DNA of 64,000 nt, taken from the NCBI GenBank assembly GCA_020060185.1, contig JAGVAS010000056.1:3734-67733 (forward strand), written 5' to 3'. The notes below the pieces were generated by a model. It did not search any database. It was not told the DNA's origin and saw only the letters and a list, made by a program, of their open reading frames with translations. Source of the DNA: Desulfovibrio sp. Its GTDB lineage: Bacteria; Bacillota; Dethiobacteria; DTU022; UBA8154. How positions within the stretch are numbered: the first letter of the stretch is position 1; each line of letters begins with the position of its first letter. Made by a program: the position numbers and the translations under genes. Of this stretch, positions 30,288 to 38,641 are shown piece by piece.

Positions 30288-31493
30288 TTTCTACATTCTC
30301 CCTAACTTTTAGAAGCGTGGGCTGTGTTAAAACATACCAGTACAGCAAAATAATAAAGACGAAAAAGAAAAGCCGCCCGATGAGGGTATGGGCCACAAAG
30401 TTAAAGTTCCTGCCGCCGCTGTAAATAATGGCTATTACTATCATCATGCGCAGCATGTTAAAAAAGAGCAGGGCAATGATTCCCGCCAGAGAATAAAGAA
30501 TTTTCTTGATAAAACCGTACGCGGGGAAAAAGAAGAGCAACCCCAAAAAGACAGCGATTTCTAAGATAGCAGAGCTTTCTATATCTATATCAATGTAGTC
30601 CAGCTGTTGTCCATTTTTATAAATACCAAAATAGTCCCTGGCGCTTTATCAAAAACATAGGTTGTAATATCCACGTATTGCAATAAATGGTGCAGGACTA
30701 GGCCGGTCCAGTACTCAATGCGGTACTCGAGAAACGAACCCCGGAAAACCATGATGAAAAGGAATGTAAAACCTACCGCGCTCCAGATATAGTAAAAAAG
30801 CCAGATGCGGTGACGGTAGAGCACAACCGACCCCAAAAGCCAGAGCATAGCAAAAACCGTTATCTTTCCTCTGTCCCTTACCATAACAGGAAACGGCTTC
30901 CATTGAATATCTCCTTCTGAGGGCAGGCGGTCGCCTTTAACAGCAGCGCTGGAAAGGTAAAACCTGATGTATTGAGCAGGGTAAATGTGGAGGTCGGCCA
31001 TGGGAATACTAAATTCAAAGCAGCTGCCGCCGCTTATAGACCCTTCTCCCCAGTCCCCCTCGTAGGTAGAAAGCAGCTTTCCCTGTGACGAGTACAGCTC
31101 TACAAGCACTTCCCCTGTATCATGACCCGGCTTGTAAAGCACTTTTGCAAACTTATCAATGCCGTCATCATAGCTGCCGTTATCGTTAATGTCAAAAGAA
31201 AGCCTGCATACAAAACTGCTCCCTGTCTTAACCGGCTCAAACAGCTCTATCATAAAATACAGGTTTCTTTCGTTCTCTTTAGTCCCCCAGGACAGGGATT
31301 TAAGTTTCCTGCCGATCGAATCGTTATCTTTATAATCGGACAGGTAGGAAGCGCGCCCTTTCCAGTCGTCAAATTGCCCGTCCAGCCCAAATTTCTGCAT
31401 AAACCATGACCCGGGAGGCCACAATAGTATGACGGCCGCGCATAATACGGCGATGAAAAAATGAAACAGGCGCATATTATATCCCAGCTTCAC
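30277..31493 (-). pseudogene. xrtG: Frameshifted exosortase XrtG fusion, copy 1
   Basis: ORFs 30585-31493 and 30277-30546 rejoin with one added base near 30595 (ACT ACA [A]TT GAT ATA GAT ATA GAA AGC TCT GCT); colinear with 46834-48048. Confidence 0.82.
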
Positions 31494-33925
31494 AGTTTTT
31501 TGCGCATGTAAAAAAGGCCGTACCCGAGGAACAGGAGGGAGATCATTGATAGCGCCGCTCCCCAGCGGTAAACAGGCGTTTTTTCCAGGTAGATTACTAT
31601 TTCGTGCTCACCGGCGGGGATGCTCAACCGCAGCAAATTTTCGTAAACTTTATAGGGCCAGGGCTCCCCATCCATCTCCACCCTCATTCCGTCCAGGGCA
31701 GCAACGGGAACGATTACGTCAACATCATTTTCAACCCGGCAGCTCATTACGTAACCATTTTCAGTGGCCTGATAATCGAGCAGAGGTATGAGCGAAACGG
31801 CAGTGAATTCTGACCTTAAAGCAAATATGTCTTTCAACAGCTCCTGGGCTACGGCATCCTTTGTAAGAAAGGCATGGTGGACCAAGTTCCCGCTCAGAAA
31901 ATGGATCTTCTTGTTTCCGACAAGCCTGTGCCCGTAAACGGGTGCGCTCATCCCGTAGTAATCAAATTCGAGTTCTACTTCGTCCAGTCCCTGGAGCGCG
32001 AAAGTTTTCCAGACCTCTATATCCTCCAAGGAAAAAGGATCCAGCTGGTATCTATCGCCTTTGCGTCCCACAAGGCTTAGCGGATCCCGGAGGAAAACCA
32101 TTTCGCCGTAGACCCCCAGGAATTCCGGCTGCTTTGCCAGAACGTCTTCCGGCATCCCCATAAGCTCGACGAACACCTGCCCTCCGGAAGCGGCGTAATC
32201 CAGGATAACCTGTTCCGCTCTTGCCTTGGACCTCCATTTTGCCCCGTATAGAATAACGCTGCTGTACCTGCGCAGGTCTTCAGGATCGTAGCTGTCAATG
32301 TAACTGGAAACACCCATTTCTACATCAGGAAAGTGCATGGCGATAGAAGGGGCATATTCACCGATTACGAGGCAGTCATCTTTCATCTCAACCAGGTAAG
32401 GCCTGTCGATACCGGCATGCCAGATGCTGATCCCGTCTATTGTTACGATGTGGCTGTATCCGGCATTCTCCGCTTCGAGGGAAAAAGTGTGCGGGTCCTT
32501 AATTACATCGTCCTTGACGAGCAGATCTGTCGCTCCCAGAAAAAGGCAGGAACGAAACAAAAAGGGATAATACTGGAATTCTAAACCCGTGTTGAGGAGC
32601 ATGATGTTATTGGAGGTGGTAGCGCCCTGCCAGGCCCATCCAAACACCTGCTCCCTGCCCGATGCTTCCACAAAAAGATAGGAAGGAGCTGAACCAAGCT
32701 GGCTTAAATCAATGGTAGCCACGCGCCAGCCGGGGGCAGCCTGTAACATCTCTGCGCTTTCCATCAAGTTATGCGCTCTCGCGCCGGTATGGGCAAGCAG
32801 GCGTACGGAAAAAAATGAGTCGAGTAAAAATGCCGCTGAAAGTATAATAACAATAACAATAACAGGCCCTGCTTTGCTAAAAGGAAATCGAAAAGGAAAA
32901 GCCCATTTTTTGACTGGAAAAAAAGCCAGGCTGGAAGCAATAATAGAGAGCGCCGCAAAGCCGGCAAAGTAATGCGGCCACAGCAGGTGGCTTAAAGGAA
33001 GAAGTAAATATAAAAGCCGTAGCGAAGGAAAAGTGAATACTATTAAGATTGCTCCGCAAATGGCCAGACTTTTGGCCCACGGCGGTTTTGAACGCCATGT
33101 CAAGATAATAAGGGGTAGGGCAAAAATAATGCTGATTCCCCAGTAAAAAGCCTCCCGGTCAGCAAAACGATAAAAAGGATCCATGGATATCGCTGGCTGA
33201 TACTGTCCAGGCCCAGATTTAGCTCGGAGAGGGCATCTTCCAGGCGGTTGTAAAAGTACATAGCCATGTTTTCCGCCGTGGGCTGGAAAATGTTAAAAGG
33301 ATGAAGCTCGTTCAATAAACTGTTTTCGTATTTCTCAAAAACAGACTTGATGCATTCCATAATGGGGCGAAAGGTATCAGCTCGTGCTCATTAGGAGGAA
33401 TACTGACCTTCACGTGGACCTGCCAGGAGTGAGCGTGAATTGGCCCGTCGTTTTCGTCCAGCGAAAAGCGGTGGCGAGCATTAAGAAAAGAAAACAGCCG
33501 GATGGAGTAAGTCTTGGGTTCAGCAAGCAGCTCCGGTCTTCCGTGCGGATAGACAATTACTCCTTCTTTGCCTGAGATTTCCGAATATCGTTCTGCTCCC
33601 TCTACGTCGTTTTTTTTGCTTTCATCCGCTCAAAATTTACTCCATATCTGCTACCTCATGGAGGCCAGTTCATTATTTAAACGGGCCATTTCGTCTTTAA
33701 TAATATTTGCTTCTATTTTTTTGGAGGCAGCAACAGCTTCGGCATCAACTATAATGCTCCGAGCTGAAAGATGATGCCTGGGCTAAAGCTCTCTTTTTCT
33801 TGACTGAAGCTCTGCTCTAGGGAACGTTGAATATTCAAAAAAAAGAATTCTTTGCAATTCGGAGGCATGCAGCCTGCACTTTTTTATCTTCTCCAGCAAC
33901 CCCTGCAGTTCTTCACGTAATTCAT
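31490..33925 (-). pseudogene. Deleted/frameshifted copy of the coiled-coil-QueD-PTPS-related membrane protein
   Basis: C-terminal ORF 31490-33184 closely matches the C-terminal half of 48045-51506; QueD fragment (QPTAENMAMYFY) is joined out of frame after an about 1 kb deletion near 33195; N-terminus frameshifted. Confidence 0.85.
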
Positions 33926-33999
33926 TTTCCTGCTGCTCTAAATGATGTTCAGGTCTTTCTTTAATAGAAATATAAATCTTCCCCTTATATTTGAGATCA

Positions 34000-34168
34000 T
34001 TTAAATTTTTCTTTAAAACGAGCTACTTTTTCCTTGAGGTTTAGCAGCTCCTGGTTCCTTTTCCTTAACTCATTTTCCGCTTCTTCAATTATTATCCTGG
34101 CGGTTGCCTGTGCTTCTTCTTCAATTTTCGTAGCCCTTTTTTGCGCTTCCCGAAAAACTTCGGCAATT
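34000..34168 (-). pseudogene. Internal remnant of the DivIVA-domain gene
   Basis: DNA matches 52021-52190 (IAEVFxEAQKRATxIEEEA...). Confidence 0.8.
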
Positions 34169-34176
34169 AAATGGAC

Positions 34177-34808
34177 CTAGCCCTTCTGGTCATTTGGACG
34201 AAAGATGAAGCTGACAATTTTATCCTGCAAGGAAACAGATATCTCGAATTTGATTCCATAACTGTATTTCCATTTAAAATTATTTTCGGAAAAATTAGCA
34301 AACTCCCTGACCACTTCCCCTTCCACATCCAGTGATACTTTCTTACCTGGATCAAGTTCGATCTCAAACGTCAACTGCAAGCTGCAACCAACCTGGAGGG
34401 GGTTTTGAGTGGCAAAAATTGCTCCACCACTAGAGATATTCATAATCAACCCATCATATAACCTTTGTTGCGGTAAAATTGCATACTTTGCCTCCAGGTT
34501 TACCGGTAACCGGGCAAAGCGCCTGTGTTGAACCCTCCTGAATTTCGCAATATCCTGTAAGACGCAAATGTGATTCTTCGACCGTTTAATCTCCACCACT
34601 GTGGCTTCAGAAAAATACGTAGCATCGTCTTTCTGCGCAGTTTCAATTTGAACCCTTTCGCCGGGTTTTAGCCAACTTCCTGGGGCATCCAACAACTTAA
34701 TTATTATTCTTTGTTGATCATCCTGTGCTAAAATAGAAGCACCAGATCACCATATTTTTCACCCCTGATTCTTACCTGTTGCCCCGGCTCTATAAAACTT
34801 TCTAACAT
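34177..34808 (-). pseudogene. YcgR-like PilZ-domain c-di-GMP receptor, apparently frameshifted near the 5' end
   Basis: RRFAR (RxxxR) and NISSGG motifs; ATG at 34808 with purine-rich RBS reads MLESFIEPGQQVRI.. but is out of frame with ORF 34177-34695 (shift near 34750). Confidence 0.75.
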
Positions 34809-35084
34809 TGATTTTTGCCCCTTTCCCTTATCAGGGCTTTTTGAAAAGGGCTTATTATTTACCGTACTCCAGAACAAGCAGTGTGCACAAATTCGTATCC
34901 TGCCGAATCAACTCCATCCTCGAGGAATTAACATTGTTGGCATACTTTTCATCTAATTTTCAGCGAATAGTCATTTATTTCCTCCTCAAATTAATAACAG
35001 CATATACGCAGATCATTTTTTATGGGAAAAAATGCTACTTTTTTTCTTATCTTAAAGTAGTATGTACCGCTACGCAAAAAAAAT

Positions 35085-35163
35085 TTGGATTAAGGTAAAT
35101 ATTTGCCAAACGCCGAAATTGCTGGTCAAAGGAAACCGCATTAGTTATTTTAACCTGTCCATT
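35085..35163 (-). pseudogene. Degraded duplicate of the 3' end of the vapC at 37414
   Basis: TTGGATTAAGGTAAATATTTGCCAAAC..CTGTCCATT nearly identical to 37409-37489, with small indels. Confidence 0.85.
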
Positions 35164-35184
35164 CAGTATACCATTCAGTATATG

Positions 35185-35263
35185 AAAAAAGACAGCAAAC
35201 AGGCCTGTTCCGGTTAAGGAAACAGGCCTGTTTATAAGCTATAACAATTCCCATTTTTACCAG
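35185..35263. repeat. Dispersed repeat copy B
   Basis: GACAGCAAACAGGCCTGTTCCGGTTAAGGAAACAGGCCTGTTTATAAGCTATAACAATTCCCATTTTTAC. Confidence 0.88.
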
Positions 35264-35308
35264 ATGAGCTCACATCAAAATCAGGATATTTATCCCGTTA
35301 AAACCCAA

Positions 35309-35548
35309 TTAGCTTTTATTATAAGCATCCAGAAAATCATCCCTTGAAATGCCAGCCTGAGTACAAATTGTTCGTAATGTCGATGCCTTTATTGTATTAT
35401 GGTTCGGCATTGTTAAGGGAGTCTTACTTCCATCAGGATTTTTTCTTTCCAATGAAATGTGTTCTTTTTCTCTAATTACACAAAAACCCAGAACTTCAAG
35501 TGTTTTAACTACTCTTCGTTTGGGAGCATCAACAGGAAACTTTTTCAT
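35309..35548 (-). CDS. hicA: HicA-family toxin
   Basis: 79 aa, LGF..REKEHISL..MPNHNTIKASTLRTICTQAG. Confidence 0.82.
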   Translation of the reverse strand: MKKFPVDAPKRRVVKTLEVLGFCVIREKEHISLERKNPDGSKTPLTMPNHNTIKASTLRTICTQAGISRDDFLDAYNKS

Positions 35549-35553
35549 ATAAA

Positions 35554-35772
35554 TTATACTCCTGCTTCTGCAATAAATGCTTCAAGTACAGATGATTCAT
35601 TAATAATCACATCATCTCCAAAGGTTTCGATATGAAATTTTATTGCTGATTTTACATCTGAAAGAGCTTCTTCGTAGGTATCCCCTTGCCCTACCACTAC
35701 ACCCTTTAGTCCTAAAGGATAAGCAACATATCCATCAGAATGTTTTTCCACAATAACCTTATATTGCTTCAT
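35554..35772 (-). CDS. hicB: Short HicB-family antitoxin
   Basis: YKVIVEKHSDGYVAY..GQGDTYEEALSDVKSAI. Confidence 0.85.
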   Translation of the reverse strand: MKQYKVIVEKHSDGYVAYPLGLKGVVVGQGDTYEEALSDVKSAIKFHIETFGDDVIINESSVLEAFIAEAGV

Positions 35773-35867
35773 TAAAAAACCTCCGCATTCCAATTGTGAT
35801 ACTCTTTTTTATTATATTATAGCAAATACCTATCTTTTTTTCTACTTATTATTTTTTCGGACCTGTT

Positions 35868-35972
35868 AAAAGTAGGCAGCAAACAGGCCTGATCCGGTTA
35901 AGGAAACAGGCCTGTTTATAAGCCATACAATTTCCATTTTTTTCAGGAAAGACAGACCCCTTTTGGGAGGAA
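35868..35972. repeat. Dispersed repeat copy C
   Basis: GGCAGCAAACAGGCCTGATCCGGTTAAGGAAACAGGCCTGTTTATAAG...CAATTTCCATTTT...GACAGACCCCTTTTGGGAGGAA. Confidence 0.88.
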
Positions 35973-36040
35973 GTGAAAAGAACGTTGATTGAATCTCCTG
36001 GAAAACGCTTCATTGATGACACGGAAGGACAGGACGGTGG

Positions 36041-36250
36041 TCAGTTTTCTTCCCACTCTTCTTCTAAAATTCCTGCCTGTCTTAAAATTTCTTTAATAAG
36101 GCTAACTCCAATATCGTTTCCATGCGGGTTAGGAATACGAATTTTTAAGGAAGCTTTTTTCATAAATGAGTGCTTGCCACCAGAAAATGGGCCTTTAAAG
36201 CCAAATTTCCGAAGCCCTTTAATCAGATCACGCCTTGAAATCGATTTCAT
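36041..36250 (-). CDS. hicA: HicA-family toxin
   Basis: GFKGPFSGGKHSFM..IPNPH..ILRQAGI. Confidence 0.88.
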   Translation of the reverse strand: MKSISRRDLIKGLRKFGFKGPFSGGKHSFMKKASLKIRIPNPHGNDIGVSLIKEILRQAGILEEEWEEN

Positions 36251-36495
36251 GTTTCTTTCACTGCTATGTTTAAATCAATACTTCTAATTAATGGCAGGGA
36301 ATCTCCATCCCTTATCTTCATTAATAACCATTCTTCTAATACTTCCTGCAATACTGCTCGACATGTTTCTAGTGTTGACTCGTTTGACCATACACCCGGG
36401 CAACTTTCAATTTCTCCAAAGAATGTTCCATCTTCAAGAATTTTATATTTCGCTTCTTCCATTGCTGCATTAATAAACTTAGTTAACATAGCCAT
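36247..36495 (-). CDS. hicB: Short HicB-family antitoxin
   Basis: YKILEDGTFFGEIESCPGVWSN..LEEWLL; RBS GGAGGT. Confidence 0.85.
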   Translation of the reverse strand: MAMLTKFINAAMEEAKYKILEDGTFFGEIESCPGVWSNESTLETCRAVLQEVLEEWLLMKIRDGDSLPLIRSIDLNIAVKET

Positions 36496-36588
36496 AAGCT
36501 TACCTCCACTGCTAATGAATCCTATACAAATATTATAATATACGAAACAAAAGCCTGTCAAAGCAATAAAAATTAATTTAAGATAATA

Positions 36589-36610
36589 TCAATTTCCATT
36601 TTTTACAGGA
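36589..36610. repeat. Partial dispersed repeat copy D
   Basis: CAATTTCCATTTTTTACAGGA, identical to the distal part of copy E. Confidence 0.6.
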
Positions 36611-36692
36611 TGTTTCTTCAAACTGCCCGTAATTTAAACTTAAACGGATAATAGAAACGAAATTAAAAAAAGAATCCCCGTTACCGTCTGGA

Positions 36693-37091
36693 TTAACTTT
36701 GCTCCGGGGAAACAGGCTTATACAAAAGGACTTCAGGAATAAAATTAAAGTGATGATCCAGGGAATAGACGTAAGCCCTGTTATTAATGGAAATGGCCGC
36801 AATTAATAAATCTGTCAGAGGGATTGTCAAGCCATCTTTCCTTAACCTGAATGAAATTGAGCCGGATAATCGCCAATCAGCAATGTTAGATTCAAGAAAT
36901 GGAACAGCATCTATACAACCAAGTAATCTGTCTAATTCTTGTTCTGTTTTTACTCCTTGTAAAAGTTCTGAAACGACCGGTCCTACCATATATGTTGTTC
37001 CGAGCAGTAACTCCCTATCGATAAATGCAACTATTTCAGCTTTTTTCTTAAAATATTCTATCCAGATAGAGGTATCAACTATGATCTTCAT
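36693..37091 (-). CDS. vapC: PIN-domain (VapC) toxin
   Basis: IIVDTSIWI, SELLQG, TDLLIAA, SLDHHF. Confidence 0.9.
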   Translation of the reverse strand: MKIIVDTSIWIEYFKKKAEIVAFIDRELLLGTTYMVGPVVSELLQGVKTEQELDRLLGCIDAVPFLESNIADWRLSGSISFRLRKDGLTIPLTDLLIAAISINNRAYVYSLDHHFNFIPEVLLYKPVSPEQS

Positions 37092-37296
37092 TTTCTTTTA
37101 ACTCCGCTTCTCTAAATCTTTTAACTGATTCTTCATCTATATCAAGATTGCCCTTTAAAGCCATAAAAGCTTTTATTTTTTTTAGACGGATAGCATCTTC
37201 CAGGGCATTTTCCACAGATTTGGAACGGCTTCCTGTTTTGTAGAGTCTTTCCACTTCCCTGATGATATTTTCTGAGATGTTCAATGTCGTACGCAT
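37075..37296 (-). CDS. vapB: VapB-family antitoxin
   Basis: MRTTLNISENII..SRSKSVENAL; overlaps the vapC start. Confidence 0.78.
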   Translation of the reverse strand: MRTTLNISENIIREVERLYKTGSRSKSVENALEDAIRLKKIKAFMALKGNLDIDEESVKRFREAELKENEDHS

Positions 37297-37413
37297 CTTC
37301 ATCACTCCTTTCACAATTATTATACACCATATTATTATGATTAATCAACTACAGGTGAACTACTCTCCAATAAATTAGTTTTTCGGACCTGGCTCTACCA
37401 ATGAAAACTTGGA

Positions 37414-37803
37414 TTAAGGTAAATATTTGCCAAACTGCCGAAAATGCTGGTCAAAGGAAACCGCATTATTTATTTTTAACCTGTCCATTATCACAAAACT
37501 TGTGGCATCAGTAAGGGGAAAATTTTTGTCCCGATACTTTTGCAATAGCTTTATTGCTTTTCTTTCGTCTTCCGGCGTAACCCATTCTACCAACCACGAA
37601 TCTACCTCTAAAAATCTCAGGGCAATTTCTCTTCCTGCACGCTGCAATAAAAGAGCATGGGTCTCAATCCTGATATAGTTCGTCATAACCAGTACGCTAT
37701 TTTCTTTTGCCAATTTTTGAAAAATTTGTTTTGCTTCTACATGATTACTATCCCTTGCATTCATAGCTGCCACTATACCGGAAGTATCCAAAAAAATCAT
37801 CAT
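37414..37803 (-). CDS. vapC: PIN-domain (VapC) toxin
   Basis: IFLDTSG..D..H, ET, LTDATSF, SFDQHF. Confidence 0.9.
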   Translation of the reverse strand: MMIFLDTSGIVAAMNARDSNHVEAKQIFQKLAKENSVLVMTNYIRIETHALLLQRAGREIALRFLEVDSWLVEWVTPEDERKAIKLLQKYRDKNFPLTDATSFVIMDRLKINNAVSFDQHFRQFGKYLP

Positions 37804-38063
37804 TCATCTTCCTCTGCCAAATATTTATCGTGTTCTTCGGCCAAGTTCTCGGCTCCTTTAAAACTTCCGATCAGGTTAAAAAACGTACTTTTTTCGGAGA
37901 AAACAGGAACTGTATCGTTATCTTTAATGGCCTTCATACGAATTTCGTCATTATCCAGTACAACAAATATTTTGGATCCTTTCTTTAATTCCAGCTTACC
38001 CCTGATCTCCCGGGGCAACGTCAATTGTCCCTTACTGCTCAAACGGACGATATAAGATTCCAC
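37800..38063 (-). CDS. AbrB/MazE/SpoVT-family antitoxin
   Basis: VRLSSKGQLTLPREIRGKL; GTG start with AAGGAGGT RBS. Confidence 0.87.
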   Translation of the reverse strand: MESYIVRLSSKGQLTLPREIRGKLELKKGSKIFVVLDNDEIRMKAIKDNDTVPVFSEKSTFFNLIGSFKGAENLAEEHDKYLAEEDE

Positions 38064-38144
38064 GGTTAAATACCTCCTTACAAGTAAGACTATTCTTACA
38101 TGTATTATACCAGCTAAGAACAATTCATGCAACTTTAAGTATAT

Positions 38145-38396
38145 TAAAAAGATAACAAATAAACCTGTTCCGGTTAATACTACAGCGAAAGATCGTTTAT
38201 TTTGTTACACCGCTAGCCACGGGGACGGTTCCATCGTCTACCCTGGCGGCCCTTCGCTGCGCTCCGGGGACGTGTGAGCCGTCCCCATGGCACCGCTAAT
38301 TGCTAAATCTCGCTGTAGTGTTAAGAAAACAGACCTATTGTTATGCCATAACAATTTCCATTTTTTACAGGAGGGACAGACCCTTTTTGGGAGGAA
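38145..38396. repeat. Dispersed repeat copy E, interrupted by a MITE
   Basis: GATAACAAATAAACCTGTTCCGGTTAA [insert] TTAAGAAAACAGACCTATT...ACAATTTCCATTTTTTACAGGAGGGACAGACCCTTTTTGGGAGGAA. Confidence 0.85.
38178..38320. mobile_element. 143-bp non-autonomous MITE-like insertion with TTAA duplication
   Basis: TIR TACTACAGCGA/TCGCTGTAGTG, flanked by TTAA on both sides; the other repeat copies show the empty single-TTAA site; internal hairpin GCCACGGGGACGGTTC/GAGCCGTCCCCATGGC. Confidence 0.85.
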
Positions 38397-38641
38397 CTGG
38401 AAGAGCGGCAGCTTTTACAGTTCCGACCCGGGTAAGGAGAGGCAGGTCTTTAAGGATAGGAAGTAGAGCTCGACCGTAAAAAGGAAAACGGGCTTTGATG
38501 GAGAAATTATACAAAGAAAGCATAAATTTAGTTATATACAGTTATATAAAACTGTATTCTCCTAACGGTATTAAACCTTGTTCCTCCCTGTTGTTTCTCC
38601 CCCGGATCGGGAACAATCTACACAGGAACAGGAGGCCCCGG

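Noticed and set aside
34855..34974. Selenoprotein read-through of ATG ACT ATT CGC TGA
   Set aside because: The product would be about 39 aa with no motif and no evident SECIS hairpin; decay is more likely.
35185..38396. CRISPR array or classical integron
   Set aside because: The repeats are about 100 bp, degenerate and separated by whole genes. No cas genes, intI or recognisable attC sites are present.
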